NCBI GenBank assembly: GCA_001818315.1
Contig: MHKF01000006.1
Location: 17,148 to 81,147, forward strand
Length of the DNA: 64,000 nt
Source: Candidatus Kerfeldbacteria bacterium RIFCSPLOWO2_02_FULL_42_19
GTDB lineage: Bacteria > Patescibacteriota > Patescibacteriia > HO2-48-17
Direction: 5' to 3'
Part shown: positions 48,701 to 57,669 of the stretch, piece after piece
How positions within the stretch are numbered: position 1 is the first letter of the stretch
How the letters are laid out: each line of letters begins with the position of its first letter
Position numbers and translations under genes: made by a program
Notes under the pieces: model-generated
The model's input: the letters and a program-made list of their open reading frames with translations, nothing else
Database searches by the model: none
Told to the model about the DNA's origin: nothing

Positions 48701-49670
48701 GGCGGTTACACAGATTGCAGCAGGAGGCGCTTTTGCCGAAGTTTCAAAAGACGTCGCCCTGATGATCAAAGAAAAATCCGAAGCAAAAATGCAAAAAATA
48801 GCTGCGGATCCTGTGCATCAGTTTTTGAAAGGTCAAGGTTTTGGCGGTGCGCCAGAAATAAATTATTCCATCGATGTCGTAGAAAAAGGTCCTGAAGGCA
48901 AAGAGACGGTTGGTGCAAAGTCATTCAATAATTTCACTGATCTTGCTGCGTTCGTACAAGCAAATCCAAATAAACTGACTGAAGAAGCGCGAAAAAATCT
49001 CGCCCAGGGTGCTCCATTTAAAGTTGGAATGAATTCAGGCGCGGCTTCATGGATGAAAAATCTCTCAGAAACGCAAAGGGCAGCCATCGAAAAAAGTTGG
49101 GTGCAAGTGACCGAAAAATTGAGACTTCCTGGCATGACGCAGGCACCGAAGATTCCATTTAAAGAATTACAAGCAACTGCAGCGCCGCGCGAAACACTTC
49201 AAACTGCCGAAGTCACAAAGCAGTCACGTGAAGAAGTATTTGAAATCACAGGGGAAAGTGTAAAGGAGGAAGAAGGGGGAGAAACAGCAGGAGAAGAACT
49301 AGGCGCAACACGTGCTGACATAGAAAAACTTGGGGAAAAAATGAGTCGCATCGAAAGGGGTGTGCGCAAGATTGGACCGAAAGTCGAAGAGACGGCTGGT
49401 AGAGCGGAATATCTGACGCGACTGAAACTGCAAGAAAAGATGGGTGCACCTCTTGAAACAGCGAAAGAAGAAGCTGAAAAGAAGGAATCCGAACGCAAAG
49501 TAGGCGGTCGCATTAGCGCGCTTGAAGAACGCATGAGCGGAAAAGAACCGGAAACACCGCGCGTAACACCAGAAACCAAACCAGAAGCTATCGAAACGCC
49601 AGCAGGTGAAACTCCAACAACAACGATACCACCAAAAGAAACACCACCAACGCCACCGAGTGAATTATAA
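45792..49670 (+). CDS. VirB6/TrbL-like polytopic membrane protein with a ~900-aa hydrophilic C-terminal extension
   Basis: The N-terminal ~400 aa contains about 7 to 8 TM helices arranged like TrbL/VirB6 (ILFYVFVIPLGTLTTLLLRVLIYV, MFFIIILLVIAFATVL, VIVTLIAAILMLGIAAVTILIFIVTLVFRVAMLWFLVVLSPLAFL, and others). The remainder is charged, coiled-coil-like, and ends in a Pro/Thr-rich tail (ETPTTTIPPKETPPTPP). The family call rests on topology and operon context and is inference. Confidence 0.45.
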   Translation: MDEVKKTFKKRSYKSRLRRWIPRITAAWMVLIILAAFGQFFGDHIIPAVLAQDKQEPDWLALQIAKILFYVFVIPLGTLTTLLLRVLIYVSTIGTGEFTKTSGVVVGWALVRDISNMFFIIILLVIAFATVLRIKTYNYQALLPRLVIMAVLINFSKTIAGIFIDFSQVIMLTFINAMRDAAEVGLAGVLGLGDLLNLDQSVLQDPNTLKGITNTQVIVTLIAAILMLGIAAVTILIFIVTLVFRVAMLWFLVVLSPLAFLSWTFPNARKYSAQWWGEFGTWTTIGPITAFFLWLSLLIVEASRQVFVDPNNQESLSLSIPLVDPKTVTTESELNVGLSRATSSAGVSNFILAISLLLASQKFISQMSTQAGSVLSRFTGKGAAFLAGAMIGAYKWGGRTVGGAAYGLGRAGVQGIDYAAGGIGGRNRFRPFLSDRIIHGVSEGLSGVPLIGGSVREWHANRTHRLREEAKKAGEYTKYTTYAEAEDLIGSIPFTRPRQAAHRALSNRMFHMIPGLDTALGHFENMDTDDMKQAMPHAYAAFRNRVFTTGSNAQIQRYLQALTNDASFFTHQAGADRAKAAGWNAAAARFGEREGLLPQLGGVGGVPAPANAARSVIGNANLPVGDPSRLVVDETQFGQYDAQLSFNPAHPEAGRYHMERPFDREKYLRTLRMSQQQGDALFQSPEFNAEMYYPQAQFGAMQNQRKALGLDTRDQQLALQQVRVEQQLNRIGGADSLIRKGERGDTMHSATLAVDFSDVRSPELAHIQGKLGANLSGTDKQAFIHEVAGAMENVATNKEAAQKQWSETAEPEKEKILRTALSAPGKSNAQVQQELESLTENQEIELFQKSQKDRAAKFRTHAGSLDTLSVINKGREIGDARMILTHEKAHDEMHALSTEEKDEVWSAIPQEAQKHLTEQVQQNWAGLKVDPADTPEVVQQKQADIKEEALSEIMAYSRLKGIGKKVPGGAAVTQIAAGGAFAEVSKDVALMIKEKSEAKMQKIAADPVHQFLKGQGFGGAPEINYSIDVVEKGPEGKETVGAKSFNNFTDLAAFVQANPNKLTEEARKNLAQGAPFKVGMNSGAASWMKNLSETQRAAIEKSWVQVTEKLRLPGMTQAPKIPFKELQATAAPRETLQTAEVTKQSREEVFEITGESVKEEEGGETAGEELGATRADIEKLGEKMSRIERGVRKIGPKVEETAGRAEYLTRLKLQEKMGAPLETAKEEAEKKESERKVGGRISALEERMSGKEPETPRVTPETKPEAIETPAGETPTTTIPPKETPPTPPSEL

Positions 49671-49675
49671 TCATC

Positions 49676-51304
49676 ATGCTTGACGCATTATACACACAAT
49701 TCCACGCTCTTCCAGAGAAGATACGCGACGCTGTGAGCTCTGCAGAAGCTCTTAGTGTACTTGAAGAGATTGAAGAAAAATACGATATTCTTTTAGCGAA
49801 GTTCGTCATGAAAGTAATGATTCGTGAGATTCCTATAGAATCCATCGGTTCGCGTTTGATACAGGATTACCATAAGGATCCAGATGAAGCAGTACGCATC
49901 GCACGGGAACTCATTGATCGTTTTTTTAAACCCGTGTTGGGTTTTTTGACAGCACATAAACGTAGGGTGGAAGAAATAAAAAAGCCACAATACATACAAC
50001 CAACACGTGCATCGTCAGAAAAAAAGTTGGAGCAAATGACACCGTCACAGGTGCCTTTATCGAGTAGAACAGTTTCTCCAGCATTTATACCGTCGCAATC
50101 ATTTCAACAACAGGCACACATACCCGAACGTTCGCCGATAGTACCAAGCGCTCGTGACGTGACACAAAGAATGGGAGTAGACATCTTGCCGAACACATCA
50201 AAGCAGATGGAACCCACGCAAGATATCACAGCATTTACGCAAGAACTCATTCGTATGTATCAGCTGCCGGTGCAAACTCAGGATCAATTACGTCGATTTT
50301 ATAATCTCATCGTGTCGCGCATGAAGGGGATTCGCGATGAACAGGAACTTCATGATATGTTGATCAGTCCTTGGAATCTTGGAGGTATGGATTTTACGAC
50401 AGGTCTTGTACAACAAGTACAAAGTTCTATACAAAAACAAGCTGCGTTTCTTCAACAGATGACTGATGAACAATCTGAGACTTATGAAAAGAACGGTCAA
50501 GAAAAAATAGTCTTCGCTCATGGAGATGCCGCAAGTGTGAATATTCGTACAGAGCAGCCTACCAAAATAGCGCGACCCGTTTTTGAAAAACCGATCCATG
50601 ACATCCCAGCGCCACAGGTAGCGACCCCAACGACAACATTAGAAGAGCAAAGAGGGCAAGACGCACGACAAGCACAAACAACCTCAATCTATACGAATCC
50701 TCTGCAACAAGGATGGCAATATACTACGAAAGTAGAGTACAAAAAAGACGCACCTTCAAGAACACCAGTAATTCTACCAACAGAGAGCAAAGAAATAGAG
50801 TCACAAAGCAAACCCCAAGTTGTCAGCGCGCCTGTTCCACAAGAGGTAGTAAAACCTAAGCCGCTAGAAGCAACAACAATACCCAAAATAATGCCTGCAC
50901 AGAAAATTTTCCCAACCGTTCGGAAGAGCCTTTTACCGGATTCCAAACCAAAACTTTCAGACATTAGAATGCGCCCTACACCCATGGGACCACTGGAAGA
51001 GTTGCAAAGTTTCAGTGTGAAGGATCTGCGGCAACTTTCTCAAGATCCAAAGCAAGTTACGCAACTCTTACAAGGAAAATTGGATTTGCTCGAAGAAGAA
51101 TCGCTCGAAGCAAAAAGCAAGGGCATCAACGCATGGAAGCGATCAGTACTCAATCAACTCTATATTGAAATGGGTCAAGAAAGTCTTGTATCTGGCGAAT
51201 CTATTGAAAATATTATGCAGAAGCGCGCCGAACAAAAAAGGCCATATTTAACTGTAGAAGAATTTGAGGCGATTGCGGATTTTAATACTTCTTTGCGATT
51301 TTAA
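49676..51304 (+). CDS. Hypothetical hydrophilic protein (Q/P-rich central region) within the T4SS-like operon
   Basis: It has no TM segments and no recognised motifs. It is translationally coupled to the upstream gene by a 5-bp gap. Confidence 0.4.
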   Translation: MLDALYTQFHALPEKIRDAVSSAEALSVLEEIEEKYDILLAKFVMKVMIREIPIESIGSRLIQDYHKDPDEAVRIARELIDRFFKPVLGFLTAHKRRVEEIKKPQYIQPTRASSEKKLEQMTPSQVPLSSRTVSPAFIPSQSFQQQAHIPERSPIVPSARDVTQRMGVDILPNTSKQMEPTQDITAFTQELIRMYQLPVQTQDQLRRFYNLIVSRMKGIRDEQELHDMLISPWNLGGMDFTTGLVQQVQSSIQKQAAFLQQMTDEQSETYEKNGQEKIVFAHGDAASVNIRTEQPTKIARPVFEKPIHDIPAPQVATPTTTLEEQRGQDARQAQTTSIYTNPLQQGWQYTTKVEYKKDAPSRTPVILPTESKEIESQSKPQVVSAPVPQEVVKPKPLEATTIPKIMPAQKIFPTVRKSLLPDSKPKLSDIRMRPTPMGPLEELQSFSVKDLRQLSQDPKQVTQLLQGKLDLLEEESLEAKSKGINAWKRSVLNQLYIEMGQESLVSGESIENIMQKRAEQKRPYLTVEEFEAIADFNTSLRF

Positions 51305-51334
51305 GAATAGGCGAAGAAATGGTATAATAAATGT

Positions 51335-51784
51335 ATGCAATTTGTGGTTCCGCAGTTTATTGAAGTCGAAAACAAAATTATCGGTCCGATTTCAACAAGA
51401 CAATTCATTCTCCTGGTAATTCTGGGAGTTATTGAATTTTTACTCTTTCGACTTGCGCCGGTATGGATGTTTATTATCGGTGGCGTCATTACGCTTGTAA
51501 TGTTTATCACCCTTGCTTTTGTGAAAGTGAACAGTCAGCCTTTTCATTTATTTCTCCTGGCAATTATCCAAACACTCAAAAAACCATCACAAAGAGTGTG
51601 GACCAAAGCAGGACACTATCAAGAAAAGAAAAAGAGCAAAGAGAAAGAGTCGCTTCCAAAAAGTATTCCAATCAAGCCACATTTTACACGCTCAAGACTT
51701 GCAGAACTTTCGCTGGTGGTCGATACCGGCGGCGCATATCGTGATACAGAAGTGTTCAATCTCAATCCATTCAAACATCAATAA
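51335..51784 (+). CDS. Small two-TM membrane protein, VirB3/PrgI/TcpE-like by position and topology
   Basis: The 149-aa protein begins MQFVVPQFIEVENKIIGPISTRQFILLVILGVIEFLL, with a second TM at WMFIIGGVITLVMFITLAFV. It lies immediately upstream of the VirB4 pieces, as in MPF-FA type systems. Confidence 0.4.
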   Translation: MQFVVPQFIEVENKIIGPISTRQFILLVILGVIEFLLFRLAPVWMFIIGGVITLVMFITLAFVKVNSQPFHLFLLAIIQTLKKPSQRVWTKAGHYQEKKKSKEKESLPKSIPIKPHFTRSRLAELSLVVDTGGAYRDTEVFNLNPFKHQ

Positions 51785-51789
51785 AAAAC

Positions 51790-52473
51790 ATGCATTCACA
51801 AAAGTTGGCACAAGGTCGCATCACAAAATCGGTGCAAAAATATATCGACATTTATGAAATTAAGGATGATGTCGTGGTATTGAAAGATGGTTCCATGCGA
51901 GGCGTACTGCTTGTTTCGAGTATCAATTTTGCTTTGAAATCAGAAGAAGAACAAAGCGCCATTATCCAATCTTACGTCCAATTCCTCAACTCCCTTAATT
52001 TTCCTTTGCAGATCGTTATACAATCCCGCAGGCTTAATATCGAAGCCTATCTCGAACGCCTCAAAAACATCGAAAGAGAACAAACAAACGAACTCCTGCG
52101 AATCCAAACAGCCGATTACCGAAAATTCGTCGGAGAACTCGTAGAAATTGCCGATATCATGAGTAAACATTTTTACGTAGCTATACCGTATTCCCCGTAT
52201 CATAAAGGAGAAAAAAAAGGTTTTTTTTCAAGATTCGGTGAAGTGTTTTCGCCAGCGACCGTAATTACGCTCCAGAGACAAAAATTTGAAAAATACAAAC
52301 AAGAGCTCGAAAGAAGAGTATCACTCGTAAGCGATGGATTGGCTTCTATGGGACTGACATCCGTCATGTTGGATACGCAAAGTCTTATTGAGTTGTATTA
52401 CAATACCTATAATCCCACTATGTACGAGCATCAGCGTTTAACGGATCTCAACGCGATCCAAGTAGTTGAATAA
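51790..52473 (+). CDS. VirB4/TrbE/CagE N-terminal domain as a separate 227-aa ORF (split VirB4)
   Basis: IDIYEIKDDVVVLKDGSMRGVLLVSSINFALKSEEEQSAIIQSYVQFLNSLNFPLQIVIQSRRL matches the CagE_TrbE_VirB N-terminal domain pattern. It stops with TAA 2 nt before the ATG of the ATPase ORF, in a different frame. Confidence 0.55.
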   Translation: MHSQKLAQGRITKSVQKYIDIYEIKDDVVVLKDGSMRGVLLVSSINFALKSEEEQSAIIQSYVQFLNSLNFPLQIVIQSRRLNIEAYLERLKNIEREQTNELLRIQTADYRKFVGELVEIADIMSKHFYVAIPYSPYHKGEKKGFFSRFGEVFSPATVITLQRQKFEKYKQELERRVSLVSDGLASMGLTSVMLDTQSLIELYYNTYNPTMYEHQRLTDLNAIQVVE

Positions 52474-52475
52474 AT

Positions 52476-54311
52476 ATGCCACAAGAGATTGTAAAAACAG
52501 TACAAACCACAATCGATAAAAAACAGGAAAAGCAAATTCTCGAAGCCGAACGCGTATTCCGGCGAGGAGAAATATCCGTGCGCGATCTCATTGCACCAGC
52601 AGCAATGAAAGTGAGTCCACGTGCTCTGGATATCGGTGGGAAACTCGCAAGCACACTCTTTGTGATCACGTATCCCCGATACATCGGCGTCGGCTGGTTT
52701 ACGCCCATCGTGATCTTGAATCTTCCTATCGACATCGCGATGTTTTTTTACCCTGTTGCTTCCGATATCGTACTCAAGCAGCTGCGCAATAAAGCAGGTG
52801 CCATCGAAGCTCAACTCCTTTCGGATGCAGAAAAAGGAGCGCCTCGTGATCCCATTCGCGAAACAGCGTTAAAGGACATCGAACAACTCCGCGATAATCT
52901 TGTGCAAGGTACCGAGCGATTTTTTCAATTTGCGCTCTATGTGACCGTATACGCTGATAACGAAAAGCAACTCGAAGAACGTGTTGAAAAAATAGAAAAT
53001 ATCTTCGGATCACGACTCGTGTATGTGAAGCGGGTGCTCTATCAAGCAGAACAAGGATTCAATTCAACAATGCCACTCGGCAATGACGAAATTGCCGTAT
53101 ATTTCAACATGAATTCTTCGCCATGCGCATCGTCATTTCCTTTTACTTCAGCTGAACTCACGAGCGATGAAGGGGTGCTCTTTGGAATCAATCGGCACAA
53201 CAATAGCCTCGTGCTTTTTGATCGTTTTTCACTGCAGAATGGCAATGCAGTCGTTTTTGCAACAGCAGGTGCTGGAAAAAGTTATGCGGTGAAACTTGAA
53301 GTTTTGCGAAGTTTGATGTATGGCACCGACATTATTATCATCGACCCAGAACGCGAATATAAATACCTCTCTGATTCTGTTGGCGGGACATTCATCAACA
53401 TTTCGTTGAATTCAGAAGCGAAAATTAATCCTTTCGATCTCCCGCGTCCAGTGGGCGGTGCCGATAGACCAGCGGACATTATTCGATCCTCCGTCATTAC
53501 ATTGAAAGGTTTGATTCGGATCATGGTAGGTAATTTGACGCCAGAAGAAGATTCGCTCGTTGATCGCGCACTCATTGAAACCTACGCGAAAAAAGATATT
53601 ACTGTTGAAAGCGACTTACATTCCATTGACGTACCGACAATGTTGGATTTCCAAGAAATACTTTCGGGTATGGAAGGGGGCGAAGGTTTGCTTTTGAAAA
53701 TAAAAAAGTACACTGAGGGAACGTTTGCCGGACTTTTTTCGAGTCAGACGAATATCGACATGAAAAATCAACTCGTTGTGTTTAGCGTGCGCGATCTTGA
53801 AGATGAGCTTCGGCCGATTGCGATCTATACGATTATGACCTATATTTGGAGTGTCGTACGTTCGCAACTCAAAAAACGAATTCTTGTGATCGATGAAGCG
53901 TGGTGGCTTATGCAGCACGAAGATTCCGCGAAATTTATTTACGCGTTGGTGAAACGATGTCGGAAATATTATCTGGGCGTCACGACGATTACACAGGATG
54001 TGAATGATTTTTTGCGTTCACCTTACGGTCAAGCGATTGTGACGAATTCAGCATTGCAACTCCTCTTAAAACAATCACCGGCATCAATTGATATTGTCGC
54101 AAAAACATTTTTGCTGACACAGGGTGAAAGGTATTTGTTGCTTGAAAGTGGGGTCGGTGAAGGTATTTTTTTCGCAGGCAGCAAACATGCGGCTATTAAA
54201 GTTGTTGCGTCGTATGCAGAAGATCAGATCATTACCTCAGACCCACGGCAGTTGCTCGAAATCGAAAAAGCGAAAAAAGAATTCGAAGAATCTATAGGAA
54301 ATAAACAGTAA
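52476..54311 (+). CDS. VirB4/TrbE-family T4SS ATPase (C-terminal ATPase portion)
   Basis: Walker A is VVFATAGAGKSYAV. Walker B is RILVIDEAWWLM. The downstream TTITQDVNDF motif region and the typical post-Walker A IIIDPEREY are present. Confidence 0.8.
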   Translation: MPQEIVKTVQTTIDKKQEKQILEAERVFRRGEISVRDLIAPAAMKVSPRALDIGGKLASTLFVITYPRYIGVGWFTPIVILNLPIDIAMFFYPVASDIVLKQLRNKAGAIEAQLLSDAEKGAPRDPIRETALKDIEQLRDNLVQGTERFFQFALYVTVYADNEKQLEERVEKIENIFGSRLVYVKRVLYQAEQGFNSTMPLGNDEIAVYFNMNSSPCASSFPFTSAELTSDEGVLFGINRHNNSLVLFDRFSLQNGNAVVFATAGAGKSYAVKLEVLRSLMYGTDIIIIDPEREYKYLSDSVGGTFINISLNSEAKINPFDLPRPVGGADRPADIIRSSVITLKGLIRIMVGNLTPEEDSLVDRALIETYAKKDITVESDLHSIDVPTMLDFQEILSGMEGGEGLLLKIKKYTEGTFAGLFSSQTNIDMKNQLVVFSVRDLEDELRPIAIYTIMTYIWSVVRSQLKKRILVIDEAWWLMQHEDSAKFIYALVKRCRKYYLGVTTITQDVNDFLRSPYGQAIVTNSALQLLLKQSPASIDIVAKTFLLTQGERYLLLESGVGEGIFFAGSKHAAIKVVASYAEDQIITSDPRQLLEIEKAKKEFEESIGNKQ

Positions 54312-54322
54312 TGAATTAAGGT

Positions 54323-54928
54323 ATGAATAAAAAATTTTTCATAATACTCATCGTTTTCGTGACTCTTCTGATTATCGGCGGAGGTATTCTCGTCTGGTTC
54401 TTATTGAAGTATCAAGAACTAAACTATGTAACGAATCAGCCGCAGAATGTAAATTCGAGGGCAGTAAATATTCCGGTAACAACAACAAATACGCAAACAG
54501 CGAATGCAAATGTAATTGAGCAAAATACGAATCAAGAGAAGAGTAACCTTGAGCAAAACACAGAAGACGAAATTACGGCGCTCAGTAGAAGTTTTATAGA
54601 ACGTTTCGGCACGTTCTCGAATCAGAATGAATACGAAAATATTAACAACCTTCGTATTTACATGACCAAGAAAATGCAAGCATATGCAGATACGCTTATC
54701 AAGAATGCAAAGGCAACAGATGAAAGCAGTCCTTATTATGGAATTACAACAAAAGTCGTAAGCGTTGAAATCAACGAACTTGCTCCCCCACAAGCGCAGG
54801 TAAAAATTACAACCCAGCGTAAGGAAACGAAAGAAAATAGCGAAACGAAAGTATTTTATCAAGATGTTGAGATGGGTGTTGTGCAGGAGAGAGAAGTTTG
54901 GAAGATTGATAGTGTCACATGGAAGTAA
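54323..54928 (+). CDS. Bitopic membrane protein with a C-terminal NTF2-like domain (VirB8/TcpC-like candidate)
   Basis: It has an N-terminal TM helix (FFIILIVFVTLLIIGGGILVWFLL) and an N/T/Q-rich linker. The C-terminal ~110 aa ends ...VFYQDVEMGVVQEREVWKIDSVTWK, a pattern typical of NTF2-like/VirB8 folds. Confidence 0.4.
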   Translation: MNKKFFIILIVFVTLLIIGGGILVWFLLKYQELNYVTNQPQNVNSRAVNIPVTTTNTQTANANVIEQNTNQEKSNLEQNTEDEITALSRSFIERFGTFSNQNEYENINNLRIYMTKKMQAYADTLIKNAKATDESSPYYGITTKVVSVEINELAPPQAQVKITTQRKETKENSETKVFYQDVEMGVVQEREVWKIDSVTWK

Positions 54929-54945
54929 GAGTATAGATAATTATT

Positions 54946-55680
54946 ATGTCAGCAGAAGCAGCTGAAAATCTTCAAAGTATGCCTGTGTTGCCAGCAGCTT
55001 ATCAGGCGCAGGCAGCGAGGCAACTTTCGCGGGAAAAACAAGGTAGACGTCTTTCCGCTGTACCAGCGCCATTAGGTTTGGATTATGGGGGGGCTGGAAT
55101 GCCTTCTGCGGAAAGTGATGCTGCGGAAGCGTCGAACGAAGCAAGTTCCGCAACATCGGCAGAAGGTGCACTAGATCAAAAACCAGTTATCCAAGGAGCG
55201 CAACTACAGCAGGCACTGAGGCGTTCATTGGGACAACGAACAAAACTTGCGCGCGAGGGTTCGGAAGGCGCAGAAGAAGAAAGTAAAAAAGGGGCGGTTT
55301 CAGATGCCACGGCTACCGGTGTGCGACTTTTGACTGATAACGCATTGACATGGTGCTTCCGATACTGCGCAACGTTTGAACCTTTTGGAATTGTTTTGGT
55401 TGTACTGCCGTATCTGAATTTTCATTTTTGCCAAGCGCACTTGCGTGGATCCCAATGGTTTCGAAAATTCAAGTTGTGGGAAATCGTTGTGTTTATACTT
55501 CTAGATCTTCTCGTTATTGGTATTATCGCAAGCATTTTTATGCTCGTGATACTCGTCGTTGAGTCAGCACAAAAAAAAGCAGAAATCACGTGGCGTCTTA
55601 TTATGGGTTTAGTCACCGGCGGTATATCAGGTCTTAGTGGGGCAGCAGGATCTATTCTCGGAGAAGAATTGACTCAATAA
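54946..55680 (+). CDS. Hypothetical membrane protein (acidic/Ser/Ala-rich N-terminus with a C-terminal multi-TM region)
   Basis: The C-terminal hydrophobic helices are FGIVLVVLPYLNFHF, WEIVVFILLDLLVIGIIASIFMLVILVV and LIMGLVTGGISGLSGAAGSIL. No family was recognised. Confidence 0.4.
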   Translation: MSAEAAENLQSMPVLPAAYQAQAARQLSREKQGRRLSAVPAPLGLDYGGAGMPSAESDAAEASNEASSATSAEGALDQKPVIQGAQLQQALRRSLGQRTKLAREGSEGAEEESKKGAVSDATATGVRLLTDNALTWCFRYCATFEPFGIVLVVLPYLNFHFCQAHLRGSQWFRKFKLWEIVVFILLDLLVIGIIASIFMLVILVVESAQKKAEITWRLIMGLVTGGISGLSGAAGSILGEELTQ

Positions 55681-55688
55681 TTAAATTT

Positions 55689-56930
55689 ATGCTCGGCGTT
55701 AAAATAGAAATATTCAAAAAAATCGGATTCGTTTTTATCTTCTTGTTGGTTGCAATAGGTATGGGGTTTGTTATTTATCGTATCTTTTTTGGCCCACTTG
55801 TTCGTGAACCTGCAACGAATGTGAATATTTCGCTTCCTCCCGGAACACTACCGCCGACAAACGTCAATATTAACGCAGGAGTGATTATTCGTAATATTAA
55901 CGGAGTGCAAGAAGTCGTACTCCCTGCAATCGATACGGTCGCACGTGGAGGAAATACACTTGCTGAAGATGTACCTGCTGAGGCCGTGAGTAATGCGGAA
56001 GTAACCGAACGCGGAATCGTATATTATAACGAATTCGAAGGAAAATTTTACACACTAGATAAAGATGGCAAACCGCAAACGCTCACAGACGATGTGTATC
56101 GATCGGCAGAAGAAATCACGTGGAGCCCTGAAGGTTCTAAAGCAATTTTAGAATTTCCGGATGGCAGCAATATTCTGTATGATTTTGATAGTAAAAAACA
56201 AACAACACTCCCAAAGGAGTTAAGCGATTTTTCTTTTGCTCCAAGCGGCGGCGAGATTGCATTTAAATTTCTCACCGATCGCAAAGAGCACCGATGGCTT
56301 GGTGTATCTTCTCCCGACGGTTCGCAAGCGCGCGGCATTGAACAACTTGGAGAAAATGCAGAGAAGGTGACAGTTGATTGGTCACCGTCTGGACAGGTGA
56401 TTGCGACGTTTCGGGAAAGCGTCAATGCGGAGGATAACGAAATTACGTTCGTGGGTCTTAATGACGAGAATTTTAAGGGCCTTGTTGTGCAAGGAAGAGG
56501 ATTTCAATCGCAATGGTCACCTGCAGGAGATAGATTATTATACAGTGTCTATAATGCCCAAGGGAATTATCAGCCAGAGTTGTGGATTACCGATGCGCAA
56601 GGAGAGAATATCGGTCGAAACAATGTTCCACTGAAGATCAATACCTGGGCGGACAAATGTACTTTTTCGGTAAATACCGCAATCTATTGCGCAGTGCCAC
56701 AGACGTTACCGTACGGAGCAGGGATTGTGCCGGACCTTGCTGCGAGCACGCCAGATATTTTTTATAAAATTGATCTTGCAACCGGTACAAAAACTGTTAT
56801 CGCATACCCCGTGGATAGTAGCGGAAATTCACGATTCTCTGCCGAGAAGCTCTATGTAGGCAACGATGGCAAAAACCTCTTTTTTACGGATAAGCAAACT
56901 AGAAAACTCCAGAAAATTAGATTAGAATGA
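55689..56930 (+). CDS. TolB-like beta-propeller protein (PD40/WD40-like repeats) with an N-terminal TM anchor
   Basis: It has an N-terminal TM helix. Repeated W-S-P-x-G blades are present (ITWSPEGSKAILEFPDGSNILYDFD, FAPSGGEIAFKF, VDWSPSGQVIATF, SQWSPAGDRLLYSV), as in TolB C-terminal propellers. Confidence 0.5.
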   Translation: MLGVKIEIFKKIGFVFIFLLVAIGMGFVIYRIFFGPLVREPATNVNISLPPGTLPPTNVNINAGVIIRNINGVQEVVLPAIDTVARGGNTLAEDVPAEAVSNAEVTERGIVYYNEFEGKFYTLDKDGKPQTLTDDVYRSAEEITWSPEGSKAILEFPDGSNILYDFDSKKQTTLPKELSDFSFAPSGGEIAFKFLTDRKEHRWLGVSSPDGSQARGIEQLGENAEKVTVDWSPSGQVIATFRESVNAEDNEITFVGLNDENFKGLVVQGRGFQSQWSPAGDRLLYSVYNAQGNYQPELWITDAQGENIGRNNVPLKINTWADKCTFSVNTAIYCAVPQTLPYGAGIVPDLAASTPDIFYKIDLATGTKTVIAYPVDSSGNSRFSAEKLYVGNDGKNLFFTDKQTRKLQKIRLE

Positions 56931-57665
56931 GTGTATATGAAAAATATTGGCCGTGAAACATTTTTTATCACTCTCAGCATCCTTGCCCTGATTTTTATTG
57001 TCGTGCTCTACGCCTTTGGACAATACCTCATGCAACAACCTGTCAAAACGCAAGCACAACAAACTTCTGATTTACAATATGATCCTTTAATTACGCTTGT
57101 ACCTGAGCAGTATCAAGTGCCGCCAGAAGGTAAATTTGAAATTTCAAATAATGATCCACAGCGTGGGGCCGAAGACGCGCCTGTGACGCTCGTGATTTTT
57201 TCGGATTTCCAGTGCCCGTACTGTTTGGACGCAGAAAATATTATCGCGCAGCTCGAGAAAGATTTTCCAGAAAAAATCCACATCGTCTGGAAAGACTTAC
57301 CGAATCCACGGCTGCATGCGGAAGCAAAGCCCGCAGCAGAAGCAGCGCGCTGCGCACAAAAGCAGGGAAAATTCTGGGAATTTCATGATGCCCTTTTCAA
57401 AAATACAGACAACCTCGCTACCGAACTCTACACAAAAATTGCAACAGACCTTCAGTTAAACTCCGAAGATTTTACAACGTGCGTCGAGTCGCATATGACA
57501 GAATCTCTCATACAAAAAAATTACATCGAAGGAAAATGGCTCGGTATCACCGCAACACCGTATTTTTTTATTAACGACGTGACGGTTTCCGGTGCGCGAG
57601 ACTATGAGTATTTTAAAGATGTCATAACGCAAGAACTCCAAAAGAAAGAGTCGACAATAGAATAA
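56931..57665 (+). CDS. DsbA-like thiol:disulfide oxidoreductase (thioredoxin fold, CPYC active site), membrane-anchored
   Basis: It has an N-terminal TM helix. APVTLVIFSDFQCPYCLDAENII is followed by ...KFWEFHDALF, which is typical of the DsbA family. The start abuts the previous stop with a 0-bp gap. Confidence 0.7.
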   Translation: MYMKNIGRETFFITLSILALIFIVVLYAFGQYLMQQPVKTQAQQTSDLQYDPLITLVPEQYQVPPEGKFEISNNDPQRGAEDAPVTLVIFSDFQCPYCLDAENIIAQLEKDFPEKIHIVWKDLPNPRLHAEAKPAAEAARCAQKQGKFWEFHDALFKNTDNLATELYTKIATDLQLNSEDFTTCVESHMTESLIQKNYIEGKWLGITATPYFFINDVTVSGARDYEYFKDVITQELQKKESTIE

Positions 57666-57669
57666 GTCT

